The notes under the pieces were generated by a model that was not told where the DNA came from, ran no database searches, and was given only the letters and a program-made list of their open reading frames with translations. 25,501 nt of DNA from IMG/VR virus record IMGVR_UViG_3300032335_000803, positions 1-25,501 of that record. The stretch is one strand, 5' to 3'. This document shows positions 1 through 7,822 of the stretch, piece by piece (the stretch's first letter is position 1; every line of letters begins with the position of its first letter). The translations under genes and the position numbers were made by a program. The DNA is from a virus. Taxonomy: Duplodnaviria; Caudoviricetes.

Positions 1-240
1 CTGCTTGACGAGTCGCACCTGGGCCTTGCCACCGGTGCGGGGCGACGATACCAGACCCCGGCGTTGAAGGACGACGAGATCAGCATGGAAGCCCTCGGCA
101 CCTCAACCGTGGCCGTTGGCACTAGCGGCAATCTGGTGTTTGCCAGCACAACCTACACCGCCATCTGTGCGAGCTCGAGCGTGGCCTACGCCGTCGGCGA
201 GCTGGTCAAGCAGTCACTGACCTTTAAGGTCCGCACCTAA
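1..240 (+). CDS. 5'-truncated tail tube-like protein (paralog of the next gene)
   Basis: Frame 1 is open from base 1 to TAA at 238-240 (LLDESHLGLATGAGRRYQTP...YAVGELVKQSLTFKVRT). The C-terminus resembles ASVGELQEYSLTLKL of 255..641. Lies upstream of the chaperone and tape measure genes. Not in the ORF track. Confidence 0.6.
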   Translation: MLDESHLGLATGAGRRYQTPALKDDEISMEALGTSTVAVGTSGNLVFASTTYTAICASSSVAYAVGELVKQSLTFKVRT

Positions 241-254
241 GTCTGGGGTGCGTC

Positions 255-641
255 GTGGCAAAGAGTTCGCAGGGCATCTCCATACAGATTGATGACGCTG
301 GTTCAGCGGGTGACGTAAACGTCACCGAAGTCATCAGCGTTTCTATCGACGGCATTCAGTCTGACACCGTCGAGGTTACGGCTCGTTCGCATACGGGCCG
401 GAACAAGTCGTTCAGCCCGGCGGACACAGACTATGGCACCGTGTCCATCGTCATGCGTTCGCAGAACTACATCACTGAAAGCGCCGTCGGCGAGCCGTGC
501 TCGCTGACTATTGCAGACTCTAGTGCGGCACAGACGTACTGGAGCGGTCCAGCAATCATTCAATCGCTTGCATGGCGGGCTAGTGTGGGGGAACTGCAGG
601 AATACTCTCTGACCCTCAAACTAGGATCAAGGACATCGTAA
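255..641 (+). CDS. Putative major tail (tube) protein
   Basis: 128-aa beta-rich ORF with a tail-tube-like pattern (DTVEVT...FSP..DYGTVSI), directly before the frameshifted chaperone and tape measure gene. Confidence 0.6.
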   Translation: MAKSSQGISIQIDDAGSAGDVNVTEVISVSIDGIQSDTVEVTARSHTGRNKSFSPADTDYGTVSIVMRSQNYITESAVGEPCSLTIADSSAAQTYWSGPAIIQSLAWRASVGELQEYSLTLKLGSRTS

Positions 642-973
642 TGGGACTTGCCGAGACAATACTTGCGGCGGACCAGGCCAAGAGCATCAAGGTTGCTGTC
701 CCTGAGTGGCAGTGTGACGTGTGGATCCGCACGCTGCCGCTGGGCGAGTTGCAGTCGTGGGAGTTGGCGTGCCTTCGCAGTAAGGGCGAAGGCGTGGACG
801 ACTACCGCACCGCATATCTGTCTAAGTGCTTAGTCGATGCCGAAAGCAAGCAGATTTTCACGAGCGAGCAACTCAAGAAGGTGAGCGGCACGGTCGGTGC
901 CAGGCTGTTCAAGATCGCTCAACGACACAACGACCTAGACGAAACGGAAATCGAGGAGATAGGAAAAAACTGA
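641..973 (+). CDS. Tail assembly chaperone (lambda gpG-like)
   Basis: Lies between tail tube and tape measure genes. Ends ...EIEEIGKN with GGA AAA AAC TGA, a slippery site. Confidence 0.85.
   Translation: MGLAETILAADQAKSIKVAVPEWQCDVWIRTLPLGELQSWELACLRSKGEGVDDYRTAYLSKCLVDAESKQIFTSEQLKKVSGTVGARLFKIAQRHNDLDETEIEEIGKN
964..970 (+). promoter_or_regulatory. -1 programmed ribosomal frameshift heptamer A AAA AAC
   Basis: X XXY YYZ heptamer in the correct frame immediately before the stop of 641..973. The -1 frame is open to 1266. Confidence 0.8.
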
Positions 974-1266
974 TTGACCGGCCGCTGGACGCATTCCCGC
1001 TGCTGCTGGCCGGTCACCTGGGAATGACAGTGCGGGAACTTGGCGAACGAATGGACGTGGCCGAGTACCGACAGTGGTTGGCATTGCATAGATACGTGAA
1101 TCCTTTGGGAGGCGAGTGGCGGCAGACGGCACGGGTAGTGGCGGCAACGCTGGCACCGCATTGCGGGCGAGGCAGTCCACCACGAGAAGACACATTCATG
1201 CCGATTGAAAAACTGCCGATGACGCCGGAGCAAATCGCAGCGGAACTTAGCAAGATCAGACGGTGA
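970..1266 (+). CDS. Frameshift extension of the tail assembly chaperone (gpGT-like C-terminal part)
   Basis: The -1 frame reads LIDRPLDAFPLLLAGHLGMTVRELGERMDVAEYRQWLAL..., a typical gpT-like pattern, and ends 3 nt before the tape measure gene. Confidence 0.75.
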   Translation: MIDRPLDAFPLLLAGHLGMTVRELGERMDVAEYRQWLALHRYVNPLGGEWRQTARVVAATLAPHCGRGSPPREDTFMPIEKLPMTPEQIAAELSKIRR

Positions 1267-1269
1267 CGT

Positions 1270-2961
1270 ATGGCAACAACTCTAGCACTGGCGATGCGGG
1301 CTTCGATGTCCGCCAGCGGAGTTGTGTCTGGTGCTAGCGACGCCAGCCGTGCAATGGACCGCATGGGCAAGCAGGCGAAGCAGACGGCCCGAGACGTTTC
1401 GACGCTCAAGAACATTGCCATCGGTGCCGTGCTAGCCAAAGGCGTCAGCATGGCGGCCAATGCGTTCATGAGTGCCAGCCGTGCTGCCCTTTCGTATGCC
1501 GCCAGTGCGGCCAACGCCGTCGATCAGACCAACGACCTGGCACAGCGTCTCGGCATGAGCGTTGAGTCTCTGCAAGCGTTGCAGATGGCGGCCAAGTTGT
1601 CTGGCGTCGATGATGCCACGGGTGCATTGCAGAAACTTACTGTGGCCATTGGGAACGCTGCCGAAAGCGGCAAGACCGAAGCATTCACCAATCTCGGGCT
1701 GGACTTTCAAGCCCTGCAGTCAATGTCGCCCGAGGAGCAGTTTAAGGCTATCCAAACTGCCATTGCCGGCCTGGCGACTCCGGCTGAGCAGGCAGCTGCT
1801 GCCGTTGCGATTTTTGGCAGGGCCGGCGTAGAGCTGCTGCCGCTCATGAGCCAGAACCTTGCCGAAGTTGAAGAGCGAATGCGGCGGCTCGGGGCAATTG
1901 TAGGCGACGACCAAGTGGAAGCCATCGGCGGCATGAATGACGCCCTAGACATGGTCAAGGGCACGTTCAACGGCATCATCGGCAACGTGGTGGGCAACCT
2001 TGCGCCGGTTGTTGAAAGTCTAGCGAACGAGATTCTCTCCATGGTGGAGTCGTTCAACAGCGTTAGCGGATCTGGTGGCGAAGGGATTGCCAATACCATC
2101 ACTGATGCCTTGCTTGACATCGCCGACTATTTCGCTGGCATCTTCGACAACGCGGTGGCATCGTTTGACGGGTTTGGCATCACGATGCAGGAAGTCGGCT
2201 CGGTGTTTGAGTTTGTGGGCAACGTGTTTACTGCCGTCGCTGAGATTTTGCGGGCAGGGTTCAACCTGTTTCAGATTGCCGGCAACGTGCTGGCTATGGG
2301 GCTCGGTAAGTTCCTTGAGGGAATCGGCTCGTGGGTTTCAAAAGACCTCGAGCAGTTTGGAAAAGACTTAACGGCCAACGCCCAAAAGCAAGCAAATCAA
2401 AACTCCCGAGAAATGGAGGGTGCCGCATCTAACGCCGGTGCAGCAGCTAGCCGTGCTGTGTTTGGCGGCAACGCCTCGCAAGGCGGCGAAGAGGGCCCGG
2501 CCCGCCGTGCTGTACGGTCTGCTCGTGAACGCATGACGCCTGAGGCTAAGGCCGAACGAGACGCAGCACGCAAGGCTAGGGATGCAGACGCGAAGGCTGC
2601 CAGAGAAGCGGCTGCCGCTGACGCCAAAGCAAAGAAGGACGCAGAGGCTGCCAAGAAGCGGCAAGAAGACGCCGCAAAGAAGGCCGAGCCCATTCAATCC
2701 AAGATAGAAGACAAACAGAAGGAAGCTATTGACATAATTTCCGAGCGTGCTGACGCCCTTCGTGGCAAGTCCAACGAAGCCCTCAAGGCGAACGACCTCC
2801 GCTCTGGCGAAGGCATGGCTCAGTTCTTGGCCTTAGCGTCTGGCCGCGAAGATCCCGCCATCGCTGAGTACCGCAAGCAGACGCAAAAGCTAGACGAGAT
2901 CCGCGCTGAGCTCCAGGCGTTGCAGCAGGACAAGGTAGACATCCTGGGAGCTGCTGCCTAA
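1270..2961 (+). CDS. Tail tape measure protein
   Basis: 563-aa Ala/Gly-rich helical ORF (LAQRLGMSVESLQAL, AIFGRAGVELLPL, F/W-periodic middle, charged coiled C-terminus) after the frameshifted chaperone. Confidence 0.9.
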   Translation: MATTLALAMRASMSASGVVSGASDASRAMDRMGKQAKQTARDVSTLKNIAIGAVLAKGVSMAANAFMSASRAALSYAASAANAVDQTNDLAQRLGMSVESLQALQMAAKLSGVDDATGALQKLTVAIGNAAESGKTEAFTNLGLDFQALQSMSPEEQFKAIQTAIAGLATPAEQAAAAVAIFGRAGVELLPLMSQNLAEVEERMRRLGAIVGDDQVEAIGGMNDALDMVKGTFNGIIGNVVGNLAPVVESLANEILSMVESFNSVSGSGGEGIANTITDALLDIADYFAGIFDNAVASFDGFGITMQEVGSVFEFVGNVFTAVAEILRAGFNLFQIAGNVLAMGLGKFLEGIGSWVSKDLEQFGKDLTANAQKQANQNSREMEGAASNAGAAASRAVFGGNASQGGEEGPARRAVRSARERMTPEAKAERDAARKARDADAKAAREAAAADAKAKKDAEAAKKRQEDAAKKAEPIQSKIEDKQKEAIDIISERADALRGKSNEALKANDLRSGEGMAQFLALASGREDPAIAEYRKQTQKLDEIRAELQALQQDKVDILGAAA

Positions 2962-3836
2962 TGGGCATTGTCAACGTCACAGAGCTCGCGCAGGTGTCGG
3001 CCAGCCGAAAGTTCGGCGAGGCTCCGGTGTTTCAGCGGCAGTTCGTCGTTGAGGTGGACACCCCGACAACGACTCAGTCGGCAGTACTCGTCGCCTCTGG
3101 CGTCCCGTTTCTCGCGCCCCACCCAGAGGCCAGCTACTGCAAGGCTCTGAACGCCAGCGTCTCAAACTACAACGGCAGCCGCTGGCACTACCTAGTCACC
3201 TGGGATTACGAACTGCCGAAGCAGCAGAACGTTGACCCCAACCCGCTGGCTCGAGCAGATATCTGGAAGTGGAGCACGGGCGGCCTGCAAGTGCCGTCGC
3301 TCTACTACTACGAGGGTGAGACGCTTGCACCGCTTCAGAACTCGGCCAACGACTTTTTTGAGGGCGTGACCACAGACATCAGCACGCTGCAGGCGTCCAT
3401 CAGCGGCAACCGTGCCACGTTCGACTACGGGCTGGCCACGACGGTGACGAACGCCATCAACTCGGCTCCGTACCTCGGAGCCCCTCCCTACACGTGGAAG
3501 TGCAGCGGCATTGCTGCCAACCCGGCCGTTGAGGTGGTCAACGAACTTGAAGTGAGGTACTGGCAGGTAGAGGTGACGCTGGAGTATCGCCCGGACGGGT
3601 GGCCGCTCCAGCTGCCCAACATTGGCTGGAACTACCTAGACGGCAGCACTAAGAAGCGTGTCACCGTGTCTTACGACCCCGGCGGCGGGCAACCTGTTCA
3701 GCAAGTGCCATCTAGCAACCCGCAGCCACTTAACGCCAATGGCACGCTGGCGACCGGAGCCCCAACGATTCTGGTTCGCCGCGTTCACAAAGCCGTCAAC
3801 TTCGCACAATATTTTGGCACACCCACACAACAGTAG
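2961..3836 (+). CDS. Putative minor tail / tail-tip protein
   Basis: 291-aa aromatic, beta-rich ORF coupled to the tape measure gene by a TAATG overlap. Function assigned by position only. Confidence 0.55.
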   Translation: MGIVNVTELAQVSASRKFGEAPVFQRQFVVEVDTPTTTQSAVLVASGVPFLAPHPEASYCKALNASVSNYNGSRWHYLVTWDYELPKQQNVDPNPLARADIWKWSTGGLQVPSLYYYEGETLAPLQNSANDFFEGVTTDISTLQASISGNRATFDYGLATTVTNAINSAPYLGAPPYTWKCSGIAANPAVEVVNELEVRYWQVEVTLEYRPDGWPLQLPNIGWNYLDGSTKKRVTVSYDPGGGQPVQQVPSSNPQPLNANGTLATGAPTILVRRVHKAVNFAQYFGTPTQQ

Positions 3837-3845
3837 GAGACTCCC

Positions 3846-4223
3846 ATGGCAGATCTGACGTGGTCAATCAACGCACAGGTCGCACGCGGCAACCTGTACC
3901 AGGCGTTTGTAGCGTCTGGCGTCACTGCAGACTGCTCGGCCAGCGGCATTACCACGCTGACGCTGACGCCCGGCACGAACGCCGCAGGCACCGCAGCCAT
4001 CAGCACGGCCACGCTGTCGAGCGTAGGGCTGTTCTTCGCCCGCAACCTCTCCACGATCGCCACGGCGGCTGTATCGTTCGGGCAGCTGTCCGCAGGCGTC
4101 CTAGTCCCGTGCGTGTCGCTCCAAGGCGGTGAGGCTGCCGTGGGGCGTCTCGCTGCTGGCAGCTACGCGGCACAGTCAAACCGCACCGGCACGCAGCTGG
4201 TCATCAGCATCGTTGAGGGCTGA
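3846..4223 (+). CDS. Putative virion structural protein (Ala/Thr/Ser-rich)
   Basis: 125-aa ORF with an AGGAG RBS in the tail operon. Confidence 0.55.
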   Translation: MADLTWSINAQVARGNLYQAFVASGVTADCSASGITTLTLTPGTNAAGTAAISTATLSSVGLFFARNLSTIATAAVSFGQLSAGVLVPCVSLQGGEAAVGRLAAGSYAAQSNRTGTQLVISIVEG

Positions 4224-4226
4224 CGC

Positions 4227-4727
4227 ATGAGCCAGGGTGCGTCTAACGGTGCGGGGCAGGGGGCTGGCAAGAGCTTTGTGTCGTTCTCCCGGCCGGCAGC
4301 CCAGCGGATCGCTAAGGCAGTTCGTGTCGTCGAGGGTGGCAACCGCACCCAGCCGGGGCTGACGTATGACCACCCGATGCCGGGCGCCGTGGCGGGCAAT
4401 ATGTTTCGCGTCTGCACTTTCACGGGTGCGTGGTCTATCAGCAGCAGCAAGAACGTCACGTTCAAATACCAGACAGCAACGCCCAACACGGCGACTGTGC
4501 AAAACGACCTTATCAACTTGCCGTCTGCGGGTACAAGAAACTGCGTCATCGGCCGCGAAGGCACGGCCTGGCATCTCATCAACTGGCAGTGGGACATCGT
4601 CAACGCTGCAACGGCGGCCACGCTCACTACGACTTCGCTGCGGTTTGACACGTTGCCTGTCGGTGCTGTGTCAACGTCTTCTACGGTGACGTTCTCGGTT
4701 GCCGTCGCCACGTGCAGCACGACGTGA
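4227..4727 (+). CDS. Putative minor tail protein
   Basis: 166-aa ORF with a Thr-rich C-terminus, in the tail operon. Confidence 0.5.
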   Translation: MSQGASNGAGQGAGKSFVSFSRPAAQRIAKAVRVVEGGNRTQPGLTYDHPMPGAVAGNMFRVCTFTGAWSISSSKNVTFKYQTATPNTATVQNDLINLPSAGTRNCVIGREGTAWHLINWQWDIVNAATAATLTTTSLRFDTLPVGAVSTSSTVTFSVAVATCSTT

Positions 4728-4734
4728 GGTAGCC

Positions 4735-5340
4735 ATGCTGCTGTACGTGCAGAACGGCAACCTGCTGAATAAGAATGCGACGCTAGGCACCAGCGTAGGG
4801 TGTTGCTGCGACCCGCCGGTGCCGCCGCCTGAGCCTGAGCCTGAGGAGTTGTGCTGCTGCGAAGAAAACTCAACAAGGGAAGTTACGTCTGCTGGGGATT
4901 GCAGCGGCACTACGTCCCCGGTTCCTGATCCGCCCGTTGACGTTGAGGACATAAGTATCGTCGTTGACTGGGACGGACTGACGGTGGTTTGCGAAGAGCC
5001 TTTTTTCTCCGCGTCTGCGTCTGAGGCAGTGGATTTTTCGTGCGACAGGGGCGGCGGCTCAGAGCCATTCGACGCAACCCAACGCACGCTCACCGCTAAC
5101 TTTTCTCCCGGCAACACTCGGTTGGGCAATACAGGCTGCTGGTATTTTAGTAGCAACGTCACAGGGACATTCATCGGCACGACACCTTCCAACGGATTCG
5201 ATGCTTCGTCTTCTCGCACCGTCACGCCATTCGTTGCCGATTGCAAAAAAGAAGTCTCTGTGGATCTGAGTGCTGCCGCCTTTTGGTGCGATGACAACCC
5301 ATATGGCCCCATCAGCGTCACGCTGATTTTTGCCCCATGA
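4735..5340 (+). CDS. Cys-rich hypothetical protein at the end of the tail module
   Basis: ATG at 4735 after GAGGT. Contains GCCCD and LCCCEE clusters and a PPVPPPEPEPE linker. Confidence 0.6.
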   Translation: MLLYVQNGNLLNKNATLGTSVGCCCDPPVPPPEPEPEELCCCEENSTREVTSAGDCSGTTSPVPDPPVDVEDISIVVDWDGLTVVCEEPFFSASASEAVDFSCDRGGGSEPFDATQRTLTANFSPGNTRLGNTGCWYFSSNVTGTFIGTTPSNGFDASSSRTVTPFVADCKKEVSVDLSAAAFWCDDNPYGPISVTLIFAP

Positions 5341-5846
5341 AACTTCGAGCCTTCGACGTGTGTTTTCGCGCCGCCCAGCGTGGCTATACCGCAGAGGAGA
5401 TACGCCCGGTGCTGTCGGTGGCCCTGGGCAACGGCTTCTTTGACGTGGACGTTGAGCACCAGGCGTACCCCAAGACCGCACGCGAGGGGCATAAGGTGCC
5501 GCCAGGACTGCGAGACGCGGCCACGGCGATGCTTGCCGAGTTGGGCATCGAGGACTCGCTAGCGAAGCCGCCGGCCTATCGCTGCGGCACAGAACTCCAG
5601 GCACTACTCAAGGACTGGCTCGGCATCGAGTCCACGCCCACCTGCTCATGCAACGCAATGGCCCGCAAGATGGACACGCTCGGCCCTGAGTGGTGCGAGG
5701 GCGAAGGCATGGCGTCCATCCTCGACGTGATGCGTGCCGAGCATGGCAAGCGGTGGGCAGACGGCCGCACGATCCTGCCGTGGACCGATCTCGGTGCGAG
5801 GCAACTTGTGCTGCTGGCGTGCCGTAGGGCCAGGGCTAACGGTTGA
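5337..5846 (+). CDS. Hypothetical protein with a C-x-C motif (PTCSCNAMARKMD)
   Basis: ATGA overlap with the previous gene; 169-aa ORF. Confidence 0.65.
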   Translation: MKLRAFDVCFRAAQRGYTAEEIRPVLSVALGNGFFDVDVEHQAYPKTAREGHKVPPGLRDAATAMLAELGIEDSLAKPPAYRCGTELQALLKDWLGIESTPTCSCNAMARKMDTLGPEWCEGEGMASILDVMRAEHGKRWADGRTILPWTDLGARQLVLLACRRARANG

Positions 5847-5882
5847 CGCCCCCGCTACGGTGGTAAGCGAAAGGGCCAGCCC

Positions 5883-6167
5883 GTGGAAGATCACCACTTC
5901 ACGTTGAATGGGGACGAGCGATGGCTTGTCCGATTCACTCGCCTCGAGGGTGGTGCCTACGGCTACACGTTTAGCCAGAAGTCAAAGCGGCCCAGGATCT
6001 TGATCCACAACGGACTGCGTGGGCGGCACAAGCTCACCATAATCGTGCATGAACTTCTGCACGCCCTGTACCCAACGGGCAGCGAAGAGCATACGGAGCA
6101 GGCGGGCAAGGACATCAGCAAGGTTCTCTGGGCTCTTGGGTACAGGGAGGTGATTGATGGGTCGTAG
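5883..6167 (+). CDS. Small HExxH zinc metallopeptidase-like protein
   Basis: 94 aa with IIVHELLHAL and a downstream E-E, resembling a minimal zincin (ImmA/IrrE-like). Confidence 0.65.
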   Translation: MEDHHFTLNGDERWLVRFTRLEGGAYGYTFSQKSKRPRILIHNGLRGRHKLTIIVHELLHALYPTGSEEHTEQAGKDISKVLWALGYREVIDGS

Positions 6168-7062
6168 TGCAGGCACGTTCCGCCGCAAGAACGCCAGCGA
6201 CCCGTGGCTGTCCACGAGCCTTGCCGGTGGCGTGACTCGCATCGACTTTCAGCAACGTCTGTGGGTGCTGCTCTCCAGCGACTGGCACTGGGATAGCGTG
6301 AAGTGCGACCGGGAGAAACTCGCAGCCGATCTTCAGAAGGCGAAGGAGTTGAACGCGGCGGTCTTAAGTATTGGCGACCACTTCGACGCGATGGGTGGCA
6401 AGTACGATCCCAGGTCGAACGGCAAGTGGGACGTGAGGCCAGAGTTTCAAAAAGGCAACTACTACGACGACATCGTGACGCAGTGTGCCGAGTGGCTAGA
6501 GCCCTACCGTGAGCAGATGGCACTCATCACGCCAGGCAATCATGAGACGGCAGTGCGGAAACGCATGGAGACGTGCCTGACTACGCGGCTCGTCGAACGC
6601 CTGCGAGAGCGTGGCTCGAAATGTCGCCACGCGGGCTACTCAGGATGGGTGCTGTTCCGGGCGAAGTCAGGCAAGACAGCGACCGCCCTGTACCGTCTGT
6701 GGTACCACCACGGCTACGGTGGCGGCGGACCTGTGACTCGCGGCGTCATCGATTACAGCCGCTACCTCGTGGACGTTGACGCCGACTGCATCCACGCCGG
6801 CCACGTGCATCAACGCACCATGATCGAGGCCAGCCGTCAGCGGCTGAGCCCCAGCGGCGTGGCAAGGATTCGCCCTATCCACTTGATTCGCTCTGCGGCC
6901 TACAAGCAAGAGTGCTTGACCGATGGCTGGGCCGTTGAGAAGGGCATGTCATCACGACCGCTTGGCGGCTGGTGGATGTTGTTGCGGTGGAACGTAGAAC
7001 ACACCGAGTTGCGAGCCTCGTTCCACGATTCACCAAGGGATGACAATGACGACAGCAATTGA
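6157..7062 (+). CDS. Calcineurin-like metallophosphoesterase
   Basis: All five motifs present: SDWH, IGDHFD, PGNHE, YHHG, AGHVH. GGAGGT RBS upstream. Confidence 0.85.
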   Translation: MGRSAGTFRRKNASDPWLSTSLAGGVTRIDFQQRLWVLLSSDWHWDSVKCDREKLAADLQKAKELNAAVLSIGDHFDAMGGKYDPRSNGKWDVRPEFQKGNYYDDIVTQCAEWLEPYREQMALITPGNHETAVRKRMETCLTTRLVERLRERGSKCRHAGYSGWVLFRAKSGKTATALYRLWYHHGYGGGGPVTRGVIDYSRYLVDVDADCIHAGHVHQRTMIEASRQRLSPSGVARIRPIHLIRSAAYKQECLTDGWAVEKGMSSRPLGGWWMLLRWNVEHTELRASFHDSPRDDNDDSN

Positions 7063-7600
7063 AGACGCCAACGACCTAGTCCGGGCCGCCGTCGCCACGA
7101 GACGTGAGCGGCAGGCCGCAGGCAAGCCACACGAAGAGTGGTACGACGTGTCGATGCCTGTGACGGAACCTATGCCCGAAGTTGCAAAGGCAGAGGAAAT
7201 GCAACACGTTGAGTGGGACCGGCTGGCGGACGGGCCGTACATCGAGCACCTGCTGGAGCAGCACCGCTTGCGTGGCGACGGCATCACGCACGAGCAGCCC
7301 ACTACCTCGCAGCGGTTCATCGACCTGCTTGACGAGATGCGGCGGCTCCACGAGTCCAAGTCCGCCGACTACGGCAGCGAGACTGACCCGCTGGCCAACA
7401 TCCGCCAGGGTGCCGAGTTCGTCGGCATCGAGCCCTGGCGTGGCTGCATGGTTCGCATCGCGGACAAGGTGCAGCGACTGAGGACGTATTGCCGCACCGG
7501 GCGGCTCGTTCACGAGGGCGTGAGGGATACGCTGCTTGACCTGTCGGCGTATAGCCTGCTGGCCATCGTGCTCTTTGACGAGGGGAACGTAGATGGCTGA
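7040..7600 (+). CDS. DUF1599 / nucleotide-modification-associated domain 1-like protein
   Basis: C-terminal half shows KSADYG...N...G..VRIADKVQRL...E.VRDTLLDLSAY, the pattern of this family. Confidence 0.75.
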   Translation: MTMTTAIEDANDLVRAAVATRRERQAAGKPHEEWYDVSMPVTEPMPEVAKAEEMQHVEWDRLADGPYIEHLLEQHRLRGDGITHEQPTTSQRFIDLLDEMRRLHESKSADYGSETDPLANIRQGAEFVGIEPWRGCMVRIADKVQRLRTYCRTGRLVHEGVRDTLLDLSAYSLLAIVLFDEGNVDG

Positions 7601-7760
7601 GCCGCTGACAGAGGACGATCTGGTGCGCATGGAGCATCGAGCCCGCCGGTTCCAAGGTGCATGGACGGGCACCAGCGGCACGCTGGCTGCCGACGTGATG
7701 CGGCTCCTGCAGGAGCGGCAGCGGCTGCTTGTGCTGCTGGCTATGAAAGAGAACGCCTAG
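7593..7760 (+). CDS. Small hypothetical protein (55 aa)
   Basis: MAEPLTEDDLVRMEHRARRFQGAWTGTSGTLAADVMRLLQERQRLLVLLAMKENA*. GAGGGG RBS, overlaps the previous stop. Not in the ORF track. Confidence 0.65.
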   Translation: MAEPLTEDDLVRMEHRARRFQGAWTGTSGTLAADVMRLLQERQRLLVLLAMKENA

Positions 7761-7822
7761 GCCAGGGCTTGAGCGGCGACGAGTTTTCTACCTTTCCTCG
7801 TCGTCGCTCGCCCTGTGCCTGG
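7757..7822. terminator. Long imperfect hairpin between convergent genes (terminator or RNase III-type site)
   Basis: CAGGGC..GAGCGGCGACGAG (7763-7783) pairs with CTCGTCGTCGCTC.GCCCTG (7797-7815) around a 13-nt loop. It fills the whole convergent gap. Confidence 0.6.

Noticed and set aside
826-969. Independent start for the 826..1266 ORF
   Set aside because: It overlaps the chaperone gene out of frame. The slippery site explains expression of the 3' part.
2520-2700. Repeat-like A/K/D-rich stretch
   Set aside because: Low-complexity coiled-coil coding within the tape measure gene, not a DNA repeat element.
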